DNA from: Ophelia neglecta
Taxonomy: Eukaryota
Direction of reading: 5' to 3'
Assembly: GCA_965285935.1 (NCBI GenBank)
Contig: OZ260664.1
Location: 108,190,001-108,254,000, forward strand
DNA: 64,000 nt
In this document: piece after piece, positions 27,844 through 40,200 of the stretch
How positions within the stretch are numbered: the first letter of the stretch is position 1
Layout: each line of letters starts with the position of its first letter
Notes under the pieces: generated by a model
The model's input: the letters and a program-made list of their open reading frames with translations, nothing else
Told to the model about the DNA's origin: nothing
Databases searched by the model: none
Position numbers and translations under genes: made by a program

Positions 27844-28679
27844 CCATGATTAGTCGCTGTCGAGCACAAGCTTTTCTTAATGTTATAAAGTGGGAGATAG
27901 GTGAGTTAAGTATAGGCTTGGCCCTAAAACCAACACAACAAATGAAGTATTACACGGATCTTTGATATCAGAGAAGGTAAATTCCAATAATCTTTACTTC
28001 TCCAGGAAGGAAATGTGAATATAAATTGGGGAACCTACAACTTACCAGCAGGGAAAGATCTTAACCCATAGCTTTAAAACGAAATTTTAGATCGCCTGTC
28101 ACCGTCTTAGACATCTTATTTGCTATCTTGATCATTGAGTTTCGTTTAGATTTCAAACTCCCGTGTTGATTGCTAAACCGGGAACGCATTGAAAAGTGAG
28201 CATATCTGAGCTACAGAAATATCGTAAACTACGAAATTCATGCGATTACGATCGATATTAAATAACGCGAGGATATTTCACAACATATTTTCTACTTAAA
28301 AGTTTCGTCTTTGTTTATTGTTAGAGGGATTTCTTTTTGGGAAGGAAAAAACACATAAAGAACATCTTCAGGGCAATATTAAGGAATTATTTTCTGAGGA
28401 ATATGGAGGTGTGTATCGTCCATTGTGATTACTCAGGATAAGTAACTGGAGACATTATTGTCGTATTGATCCCGTGTGTACGTTTAGTCATGATGTCAAC
28501 AGGTTGTCTACCCTGTTGAATAGACGCAGGTACAAACACATGCTATTTTGCAGCCCATCCTCGTATTGAATTTCGTCATGAAAATTAAAATATAAATAGT
28601 AATAATTAATCTTTAGCTAAGTGCAGTGTTAGGTACTGGTGCTGATTAATCACGTGACTTAAGATAAGACAAGCCCAAG

Positions 28680-30950
28680 TGTGGACGTACGCTTCTCACT
28701 AGAGAGTAGGTTGGTTTGTGGTTAGATACTGACTGGTGTAGGGAAGTTTGTGGGCATGGGCTACACACAGAAGTGTAGGGAGGTTTTGGGAGATTGGCTA
28801 CACACCGAAGTGTAGGGAGGTTTGGGGACATAGGCTACACACAGAAGTGTAGGGAGGTTTGGGGACATAGGCTACACACAGAAGTGTAGGGAGGTTTGGG
28901 GAGATAGGCTACACACCGAAGTGTAGGGAGGTTTGGGGACATAGGCTACACACCGAAGTGTAGGGAGGTTTGGGGACATAGGCTACACACAGAAGTGTAG
29001 GGAGGTTTGGGGACATAGGCTACACACAGAAGTGTAGGGAGGTTTGGGGAGATAGGCTACACACCGAAGTGTAGGGAGGTTTGTGGAAGTGCGCTATTCA
29101 CTAAAGTGTAGGGTGGTTTGTTACGGTATGGTACTCACTGAAGTGTAGGGATGTTAGTAGAGCGCTACTGACTGAAGAGTAGGGTAATTTATGGAGGCAC
29201 AGTACTCACTGAGGTGTAGGGATGTTAGCAGAGCGCTACTGACTGAAGAGTAGGGTAATTTATGGAGGTATGATACTCACTGAGGTGTAGGGAGGTTAGC
29301 AGAGCGCTACTGACCGAAGAGTAGGGTAATTTATGGAGGTATGGTACTCACTGAGGTGTAGGGATGTTAGCAGAGCGCTACTGACTGAAGAGTAGGGTAA
29401 TTTATGGAGGTATGATACTCACTGAGGTGTAGGGAGGTTAGCAGAGCGCTACTGACTGAAGAGTAGGGTAATTTATGGAGGTACAGTACTCACTGAGGTG
29501 TAGGGAGGTTTGGGGACGTACGCTTCTGACCGAAGAGTTGGGTAATTTATGGAGGTATGGTACTCACTGAGGTGTAGGGAGGTTTGAGGACGTACGTTCC
29601 TGACCCTGACCGAAGAGTTGGGTAATTTATGGAGGTACGGTACTCACTGAGGTGTAGGGAGGTTTGGGGACGTACGTTACTGACCCTGACCGAAGAGTAG
29701 GGTAATTTATGTAGGTATGGTACTCACTGAGGTGTAGGGAGGTTTGGGGACGTACGTTACTGACCCTGACCAAAGAGTAGGGTAATTTATGTAGGTATCG
29801 TACTCACTGAGGTGTAGGGAGGTTTGGGGACGTACGTTACTGACCCTGACCGAAGAGTAGGGTAATTTATGTAGGTATCGTACTCACTGAGGTGTAGGGA
29901 GGTTTGGGGACGTACGTTACTGACCCTGACCGAAGAGTAGGGTAATTTATGTAGGTATGGTACTCACTGAGGTGTAGGGAGGTTTGGGGACGTACGTTAC
30001 TGACCCTGACCAAAGAGTAGGGTAATTTATGTAGGTATGGTACTCACTGAGGTGTAGGGAGGTTTGGGGACGTACGTAACTGACCCTGACCGAAGAGTTG
30101 GGTAATTTATGTAGGTATGGTACTCACTGAGGTGTAGGGAGGTTTGAGGACGTACGTTACTGACCCTGACCGAAGAGTAGGGTAATTTATGGAGGCACGG
30201 TACTCACTGAGGTGTAGGGAGGTTTGGGGACGTACGTTACTGACCCTGACCGAAGAGTTGGGTAATTTATGGAGGCACGGTACTCACTGAGGTGTAGGGA
30301 GGTTTGGGGACGTACGTTACTGACCCTGACCGAAGAGTAGGGAAATTTATGTAGGTATGGTACTCACTGAGGTGTAGGGAGGTTTGGGGACGTACGTTAT
30401 TGACCCTGACCGAAGAGTAGGGTAATTTATGTAGGTATGGTACTCACTGAGGTGTAGGGAGGTTTGGGGACGTACGTTACTGACCCTGACCGAAGAGTAT
30501 GGTAGTAGAAGGTACGGTACTCACTGAGGTGTAGGGAGGTTTAAGGAAATTTTCTTTTCACTGAAGTAAAGAGGGTAGGACATACGATAATCGCGGTAGT
30601 GTAGGTTGTTTTTTAGACGTATGTCAATCAGTAAAGGGAAAGGATGGTTTGTGGACATATGATACCCACTGAAGAGAAGGGTGGTTTGTGGATGTATGAT
30701 ACCCACTGAAGAGTAGGGTGGTGTGTGAACTAGGATAATCACTGGAGTGTAGGTAGGTTTGTGGACGTAGGAAACAACCTGGATAGTAGCGTGCTTTGTG
30801 TACAACTGCTACTGGCTCAAGTGTTGGGAGGTTTGTGGACTCACTGAACAGTAGAGTGACTTGTGGACAACTGCTACTGATTTAAATGCAGGGAGGTTTG
30901 TGGATGTGCGGTTATCAGTGGAGCGTACGTAAGTTTGTGGACTCACTGAA
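28680..30950. repeat. compound G-rich minisatellite: 37-bp monomers, then 71-bp dimers, then 80-bp dimers (12 copies), then degenerate monomers
   Basis: Period 37 at 28807/28844, period 71 at 29211/29282, period 80 from 29561 to 30441. All share ga(a/g)gtgtaggg(a)ggttt. Confidence 0.93.
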
Positions 30951-31609
30951 ACTTCTAACTCAATTGCAGGTAGGTATTTAGATATAAGATAAGATGTGTA
31001 TAGTTGTTTGTACTCAAAGTTCGTTTATGGGAGTTACAATTGATTTTCTGTGCCTGTCCAATTATATTTTTAATAAGTTGACGACTAACGGGAGACCAAA
31101 CTAGTCGATGTTTTTGCTGTTATTTGTAATATGTTATCATGTAACCCGAGAATGCATGGCCTAATACATCACTCCTCTCAAACTCGTGCTAACAGGAATG
31201 CATGTTCTACAACAGCACTCGTTTCGAACTCGTGCTACCTGAGAGCTCCGCTCTAACATAGCTTTCCTCTCAACCTCGTGCTTCACAGTGTGCTGCAATA
31301 ACACCCCGGGTATTAGAAATATCATATCACGAGCCATGTATACCCTTACACCACTTCGCCCACGCCGTCCCCGCATTTACTGAATATTGCTTCTAATAAA
31401 ATGCCAAAGTATCAAATCATGATGAATAACAGCTTTTGAAAGTGATTATATTTCACTAAATAGGATGGAAAACACGAAATGCATTTTTGTAGCATTAGAA
31501 TATATTGCTAGTTTTGGTTTATTTGATAAAATTGTCATCCGGCAATGTGGCATATGACACCGAATCGTTGTCCTTTATATATCATATTTGAAAGGGTAAA
31601 ATGGTGATT

Positions 31610-31875
31610 ATTTGTTGTTGTTGTTGTTTGGGGTTTTACGTGGCTTTCAACACTTATCAGTCATATCGCCACGGTGCCCACTTGTGACAAGGGGCTCAAT
31701 GCCTTCTTTATAGAGCTGCCTCGCTGGAGTACCTGCCATAGACCCCAGACAGGGAACCCCACCCAGTCACATTATACTGACACCGGGTTGACCAGCCCTG
31801 ATACTACTTCCGAAATACCGGGCGCCTGGTAGGGGAGCTATCAGTACCTATTTTTACGTCTTAGGTTTGACTCGA
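31610..31875 (-). mobile_element. 5'-truncated SINE, MetaSINE/MESC-like core, with (CAA)n tail
   Basis: (ttg)n tail at the left, followed by the cccacccagtcacattatactgacaccggg...accag core. I recognise this core from mollusc-type SINEs from memory; no search was run. Confidence 0.6.
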
Positions 31876-33022
31876 TGGAGCTTAGTGACTAATAGTCTAT
31901 ATATCGGTCTAGACCAAAGGTAAAACCGACAGACAACAAGACCCCCTCTCAAGAATAGTCAAAAGGAAGTGTCAGGAGTCATAAGGAACTAGCAGCCCCA
32001 GGCCCACATGTATCAAACCGCAGCTCCCGTACAGTATATAGACATGTTGAAAATAAAAAAAAGGAATGGAACTTGCTGTATTGTGCTATGGCAAAGACAG
32101 AAAAGAATAAATAGATAAATATTACTTGGAAAGGGACGTCATAAACAGTAATCAATGATGCGAGCCAGAGCACAGGACAAACGAGTGATTGATCAACGCA
32201 AGACACCGCCTTTGGAGACTGGGGCGATAAACTAGTGGCCAATTGCAGTGTGCAAGACTATAGATCAAGATTTGTCCAAAGACTATCTACCCCAGGATAC
32301 ACGATAGTGGATTCATCACAGGAAAAGATACTTTAAACAACTGACTAAGAAGAGTTATGAGCAATATTCTTCGTAATGCATTGTTATTTAGATAGTTTAC
32401 CCTTCCTTTTCTATTTTCTTGAGCAAAAAAACATTACCATTTGATTTCCAGGTTTTTTCTGAAATGAAGACTATTTAATATTGCTCAGTACCAACTACTG
32501 TTTATGTGCTATTGACCAGGGGGTCGTTCAATCCTTAATCCCAAATTCCCGGCGGAATCCCCGATTTATTTGCTCGATTGGTGTAGATTTAGATTTCGTA
32601 TATGGCAATCTCAGTCTGAAGCCGCGAAACTATTAAACATGTGTTTAAAATATACTTTTATGCACGGTTTGTATATTGCCATCTAGTGCCACACGTTTTC
32701 ATAGATATAAGCTTGTGTGACCAAACATCGTAGATTAACTGTTATAGATAAGTTCTTTGATTTGCAACATGCCTTTCAGATTATATCAGAAACTGGTAAA
32801 GAAGCTTCTAACTGTATGTTTTAATTGGCTATAACCACGTAAGTCCCTGATGAGCGAGGGTACATGAATAAATCTTAGTTTAAATGAAACAGGGCTAAAG
32901 TTAAGGCTGGAACTAATTTCAAGAAAATATTTATAAAAGAAAATATTTATAAAAAACATCACCAAGATAGATAATTATGTTTAAAAGAAGCTAAGCTTTT
33001 TCATATACTCTCTTGTTGGCTC

Positions 33023-33167
33023 CCTGTATTCGGCGCGTCGCTGGCTGCGCTGCCCTGCTAGCGGATGTTAGAGTAAACCACCTCTAACCCTAACCACGCG
33101 CCGCTCCCTGTGCATGTCAGAGCACTAGTGCCCAGCATGAACCGCAGTCACACAGCGCCGAATACAG
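33023..33167. mobile_element. small MITE with 13-bp TIRs
   Basis: ctgtattcggcgc ... gcgccgaatacag perfect inverted pair, with internal ctaaccctaacc. Confidence 0.65.
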
Positions 33168-35888
33168 AGATAGGTGTTCTGTGTGGCACAGAATCGACAC
33201 CGTATGACGTACATCCGCTCTTAGGAGAGATGAAAATATATGTTAGTAAAATAGTTATTTAAATGTGTTGAGTGACAGAAAACGGTGGTTAAACATGTTT
33301 ACATGTACAGCACCTTTCGTCCTTTTTTAAGTGTGTTACTACTACTACTACTCAGAGAATCTGCCCCCGGCATTGCCAAGGTTATCGTCGATCCCTCAAT
33401 GCCCAGGCAATCCGGGAACATTCCCCATGCAGGGCTTTCCCTGTCGGCGTGTTCTAGAGATGTCAGGCCCGACAAAAATATCTGGCTACCTGGCCCGAGA
33501 TTGGTCAAAAGATGCACGCCTAGCTGTATGTTATGCCGAAATATGGGTTATTCATAAAATAGATACAAGGTCTTATTAATTAGGGAAAATTCCTAGACGC
33601 ATACTGGTATTATTGCTACAATGGTGGCCTTGCCGAGACATGTCACACTTTCTTCGAGGGCCTTGTATGGAAGCTAAGCATATGGACGAAAACAGATGAA
33701 AAATGATCATTTCTTAAAGCTCGCGTGGAAAACAAATTGGCCATCTAGGCGGGCGATTCAACATGTAAGAGCTAAGAAGTCACTTTAGGTACTGTGGAAG
33801 GTGACTTATAGTTAAACGCTTAAACTGAATATTGTCAACAGACAAAGAGCCAGATCTTATGTCTAATTCACGTCATATAATCAAAAAGGCACGTACGTTA
33901 ACATTGTGGGTTGCTGTTTTCAATAAGTGAAAGTGAATAAAGCTAACAAGAGGAGAATCGAGGGAGTCTCATAAGGCCAATCTGCCAAAGTGCAATCTGT
34001 CACACAATCATGTACTTCATTTTCTGGATAAAAAGGCTATATTGTTTGTGGTTATATTTCAAATAGTGAATTCAAATTCATTGTCAAATACAATAGCTTT
34101 AGTTGTTTTGAGCGTAGCACTTGCCATAAACAAGTGTGGATTGGGAATTGCATTTCAGGAATAAAGAAGCTAAATCGCCCACGTCGATGATCAAGTTACA
34201 TATAGATCATGCCTTGCTGGTGCACAAAAGCCTTGTAATTCAATAACAAAGTACGTCATTGAGTACAACTGAATTATGAAGCCATGTTGTTGTCGTAAAA
34301 TGGCACGACGTCTAGAAGCAAAATCAGTGCAACTACCCCACAGCACCCCAATCGACCCCACCCCCACCCACCCCTACAAAACCCCGCCCTGTACCATGCT
34401 ACACCCCGTCCCCTACAAACCCACCCACCACCTTACACCCCAACCCCCAGCAACCTCATCCTCAGCACCACCGCCCCCAGCCGCCCCCACCTACACCCCT
34501 TACCCCCACCCCCTACACCCTCACTGATATAAGCTGATTAACCATAGTTAGTGGCGCACTTTTGTTAACATTGAACAAGAACCCAAATAACAGGTTGTTT
34601 TGAGTCGACCATGCTATCTAATTTGTCTTTTAGGCAGCATTTGTCTACAGAGTAAGCCTTGTCACAAATGGTAACCCCACTTAAATTTGAATGACAAACA
34701 GCTTTTGCTTCATTGCAAGTATTTGGCCAGCGATAATAGCACATGAGTTACTTTACACACGAATCACAAAATAACCATAGCAACCAGCTAAACAGGCTTC
34801 TATGAAAACGTTTCAGGCAACCCACATCACAACCTTTCATCTTTGCTTTACATTGCGACTTGCATTATCAGAAATTACCCCATTGTATTAAAATTGGGCA
34901 AATTACAGCGTATCTGTGGGCCTGTTTCTGAAAGCGGTTTTAAGTCTTATCCGGATTAAAACAGGATTAATGCACTTAATGGGTCTTAAGATGTCAATCG
35001 GGGTCTCTGAAAGTTGGTCTTAAACTCAATCCTGGTTCTAGGCTATCCGTAGTCAGTATAAGTAGTGTAAGTACTTTAATAACTTAAGTATATACTTTAA
35101 TATAATCAAACTTGCTCTTTTATTGCAATATGTACATTGATACTTTTTGTTTGACCTTATATAAGTCAGTAGCGACTTAAATAAAGTATTAAACTGTGAA
35201 CTTTCTTACCCTAACCTCAATCCGGTAGTCCGCCACTCGTTGAACAATATTTTTCAAGCCCGCCGATTCAGAACGGAAATTGGATTGATTGTAATTTGGA
35301 TCAGATCTCAAAATAATTATTTGTTCCGCCCCCCGAGTCCAAAAATACTAGTTTTTTCATGCCTGCCCGTAGTCTTGGTGAATTAATATGGAGTCCAGTG
35401 GACTTACAGCCAGTTGACCAAACATTCGTGATTACCGGGCTCAAAGTCTAAAGTGCAACGTGAGATTGAATTTGAGTAATTTGCAATGGGTGGGCTGCAA
35501 TTAAATCTAACCGACCTACAATTACCATCTTACTAAGGTTTGGTCTCGAATAATGTATAAGATGTCTCCCGAGAGACCATTCAGGCTTTACCTATCTAAT
35601 GGTATCTGTCAATTCACACTATTGAGAGTGTTTTAACCCGGGTAGATGTACATTGATGGGACTGAATGTAGACTACGTGGGTGTCTTCTTACTCGGAACA
35701 GATTTGTCGGAAATGAAGGGTATCTCTATGAATGGATACCTTGTCCGTAGAGTGCAAATAGGTGTCAGGCTCTGTTCTAAGCAGGATGCTTACCGCCTTT
35801 AACAATCGCAGTGCTACATCTCAACGGATGCATCATACCTCTTTTAATATTTAAGGCTGTTGAGTTTATTATATCATTATTATCAATA

Positions 35889-36050
35889 TAGTGGTCCCTG
35901 CGATGTAGGGCCACCCCTATGCCCCAGGAAAAGTAGCCCTACATTGCAGGTGGCCCTTCATCGGAGGTACTCTAACATGGTGAAGATAGGATATGAGAAT
36001 TCAAAAAGTGGCCTCCCATCCAAGGTGACGCTTCATTGGAGGGACCACTG
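35889..36050. mobile_element. MITE, Tc1/pogo-type (second family)
   Basis: ta|tagtggtccct ... agggaccactg|ta, with internal ggccacc/gtggcc repeats. Confidence 0.7.
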
Positions 36051-36689
36051 TATTACTAAAACTACGCAGTGCTGTGGTGATAGACTACTAATTTTAACCA
36101 GTATTATGTTAGCAGTCATGAGATTACAAGAAACCTACATGTCAAAACTGTATTGCTTGTACATCTTCTAAAACTGATGTTATTACAAGTACTCAGTTGT
36201 GTGTACATTGTAATAAAAAATTGCTGTTTTATAATTAAAGAATGGTATATATATTGATGCTAAACTAATGGTAAACACTTAATGGTAAACTATATAAAAT
36301 GAATAAGGGCAACGAGTCATCGCGACACAAGGCTACACTCTTTGTTTAACAGGATGTAGTCGTCATGGGAAATGTATTTGACCGATATATCATCATAAAT
36401 ATTCACATTTTGTTTTTATGAAGTATTTTACCAACAGTGGCAGCCATGCAGAACCAACAGAACTGTGCTATTTTACAAACAACTTGCGATAGACGATAAA
36501 TCACAGCCAGTAGACTTTAGGCGACAAGCCCCAGTCAGGTATGCTATTTAACCCCCCCCCCCCCTCCCCTGCCTGTCAAAAGATATTTTACAGCCACACG
36601 TAATTAGATATGTGAGTCATGTTATTCTGATGTTACCTTTAGCTAATAGCCTCATACATCAGAACCTTCAGACGGTATATAACATGCTT

Positions 36690-36925
36690 CAGACGGCCTT
36701 GTGTGAACGGCGAACGCGAAAGCTTCGGCGAAAACAGCATTGGTGACCCAATAATCTAAAATATCAGTTATTTTATAACCCAACCCTAACCCCAACATCT
36801 CAATATTGTTTTTGATATAAATGGGTAAGGGTAGGGTTATAATTGTGTGCATATAAGCTCAATTCAAGAGGCCATGGGGCTTTCGCCGAAGCTTTCGCTT
36901 TTGCCATTAACACAAAGCCGCCTCA
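36690..36925. mobile_element. foldback MITE-like element
   Basis: gcgaaagcttcggcgaaa / tttcgccgaagctttcgc 18-bp inverted pair, with inner aaccct/agggtt arms also inverted. Confidence 0.6.
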
Positions 36926-37089
36926 GACATATAATTTGTTCTACGCCCCTGCTAAATGATATAACAGGAAGTCGGAACATCAGTTCACAGTAAGAACAGT
37001 CAGAATTCTAGAGTCTGTCTATATCATTCGACGCTAAATACTAAGTAGTCATGATAAGCAGTCTTTCCCCGGATAACACCGCTCCCCCA

Positions 37090-37256
37090 GCTTCCCCATG
37101 TAAAGGGCAGGGGGACCCTAGTGTTATTGTGGCCAGTACACCAGACTCTATAGCCCCTCGATGTAAAGAGCATGGGGACCCCAGGGTTATTGTGGCCAGT
37201 ACACCGGACTCTACAGCCCCTCCATGTAAGGTACATGAGGACCCCGGTGTTATTGT
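37090..37256. repeat. 63-bp tandem repeat, ~2.6 copies
   Basis: tgtggccagtacacc at 37128 and 37191. Confidence 0.8.
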
Positions 37257-40200
37257 GTTAAATGGAATTAATTTCATTTTGAATTTCAAAAAACTACCAT
37301 TAGTGCGATGTTTGCATACAGTTCAACTGTATTTCCTGTTATTTGCATCAATAGCACCGCGCGTCTCGGGACTACTTGGGCAACAATGACGTCGTGGTTT
37401 CACCCATGACTATTATTTATTATGTTAATTTATCTAGCATAATTTGGTTGGGAGGGGTGAGTACAGAATTGACTTTTTAGACTATTTTGGTTTGCCACTA
37501 AGCACCTGTTTTTAGATGGATGAAATATAAAGAGATGAAATGTCTGTGATAAATCTGAACTGAACTCCTCCCTTGTTTTGTGTTCTAGCTCGCATCAAAG
37601 AAACACGCTTACTACTTCCCGTTGACGTTGATATCCATAATAATATGCCTATCTTTGTTCTGTTTCACATGTCCACATACATCACTCACCAAGTCCCAAG
37701 AATATTAACAGTAGGTAACTAGGGGATTGGTATTTAGGACCAGCAGCTGCTGACGGGTCCAGATGATTACGGACCGGTTTGATGGACCATCACGGATTGA
37801 AAAGTTTGCCTTGTCTGCCAGGCATCAAGTCCCTGTTTTTCATTAACCACTATGTTTTGCGTGGCGGGTATCCTCGCGATGTCATTTTAACCATTATGTG
37901 TGGCCCGCCGGGTATCCACGTCCTGTTATACGTTTACCATAATGGTAACTCTGACTGGTATCCTCGCCTTGTTTTTTGTAAACCATTATGTTTGGTCCGT
38001 TGAGTATCCACTCACTGTTTGTCCTTCACATTTGTTCTGGAGCCTGGATAAATGGAGAGAGGAGGTAAAATCTGATTGGGCTGTTCGCAGACACCCCCAC
38101 CCCGCTCTTAGCCCTAACACACACACATCCCAAAGAAATGTTGTTTGGTCAAAACACCAGAAATCGCAGGAAATAACAAGAAAAAAATCGGAGATTTTGT
38201 TGATAACATACCCCCCTTCCCCAGAAATGGAGAGAAAAGCAGAAAAAAAATCCGTTCGCATTTCGATTTGGCGTTATTTTGGCAACCAAATATATACAGA
38301 TTTCTGTCAGAGTTGAACAATGAATGTTAGCACTGAAGCGCTTCCTCCCTGCCAATTTCAGCTTCGTGCCTCTCATCCTTTTTGCGCAATCTTGTTTAAG
38401 AGCTTTTGTCACCATTCTGCTCTAGAGAAAGTAGTTTAGGTACTATGGTGGTGCCATCTTACTCTAGCTAATATTCCAGGCCTATGCACCACACCTGGAA
38501 TACAGTTACTGTAGGCCTAAAAGTTGCCGGACTACAGTCAAAACAGGCGGTGGCCGAGGCGGCGTCGCGGCGGAGGACATGACCCACTACATTTCCCCCC
38601 TATTTTTTCAAAACAAAGGGGGGGGGGCAAATATGTGGTGAAATATGACTAACGCCAATTTCCTGCTCGTGATAACGACTTGGCTAATAGTAGTATAAAC
38701 AAAACCGGGTAGTATTGGCAGTTCACCATTCCCACCAATACAAATTACAGCTGTTTCCCCTGTGTACAGGCTGAATCGGACATTCGTGCCCTGTAGGAAA
38801 CTTACCCACGTCGGTATACCCTCCTGCTATACGCCACTATGTGACATGGCCATGATGTATGGTAATATTAATCATAAATATAAGCTAAACCGATCAATCC
38901 TCCACAAGATTGCCAATGTGGGCCATATTTACGTAGGTTAATGACGTTCATATTGCTAGAACGCTCCATATTTGCACAGTATATTCTCATGCCTACCTTT
39001 ATTATTGTACCTATATTGTTTCACAAAATAGAGAGTGTAGCTGCAATTCATTACATAGTTGGGAAATACATATTCCCGTGTGTGTGCTAGTAGGTGCCCA
39101 TGATACCTATCATGTCTGGTGTCTATAACATAGCGTCACACTCAAGTACCCCAGTTCCTGTTTTCACAGACAGCAATGTATTACATGTTTGCCTACTTTT
39201 TGTTTGTTTTTTGTTTTTCTTTTTTTTTGGAAATATCTCTTTTGTAGGTCATCAGCTGCCGGTTGCTGATGAATTCAGACGGATTAATGTGTTTATTCCT
39301 TATTAATGATTGTATTGTCTTCCGTGCTCCACAGCAGGCTTTCTAGTCAATACATCTAACAAACAACGGCGGTTGTGGAAAATAGAGAGTATTTGAACTT
39401 GCTTTTGTCTTTCTTTCTTCTTAAATCTTCTCTTCTTGCCAAATTGTTTCACAGAGCGGAAGCATACAGCTCCTGTTTTACGAATTAAAAAATGCCCTAG
39501 ATTTTATTTTACTTTGTTTCTTACAATATCAAAGTGGACATGAAATAAGTAACAGTTACATAAAATAAGAAACAAGGTCGCCAGCAATGGTAAAGCTGAG
39601 GGCGCTGGACGCCCGATTATAGCCTCATGTCTCTCGTAAGTAGGACAGTAAGTTTGATATGTCTCCATGTCACCCAAAAACGGGCCGGATACCCGACAGA
39701 CAAAGCCGAATCATTATACGACAATAGCCCATTAACTCATTCAGGAATCACAAGGAACCGCCAGCCACAGCACCACACACATCAATAAATTAATCTCCAG
39801 CTTCTAATTAGTAAATAACTAACGTAATGCAAGTTACAAACAAAGAGAATGCAAGCTAATAACAAAGATACGATGTTTAAAGTGGATACCAAAGAAAAGT
39901 GCGAAAGATCAGTGGATTTTAGATAGGACTAATGAACTAATGCTAACCATTGATGAGGAATGGTCAGTGAAATCCGGCCTAATTAAAATGAGTAAATTTA
40001 TAATTTATTCTATTGGGTAAATGACCCTTATGTTCATGTGTATATGCAGGTTTCAACTGAATGCTTCGCTGTTCATTACTCAGCTAGTCGACCGAATGAT
40101 TTGTGCTTTCCGCGGTCAATATGTTGTTGACTGAAGCATGCCTATACGCCAGTGTTCAGCCCAGCCTGACTGAGCCGTTCGCCGAGGATATTTATATCAC

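Noticed and set aside
29165-29500. Hammerhead ribozyme in the satellite (CTGAAGA followed by a GAGTA/TACTC stem)
   Set aside because: No GAAA after the stem and no stems I/III. Other CTGATGA sites I checked (e.g. ~32847) also lack the core.
34330-34525. Pro-rich ORF
   Set aside because: C-rich low-complexity DNA, similar to 47575-47670 in intron 1.
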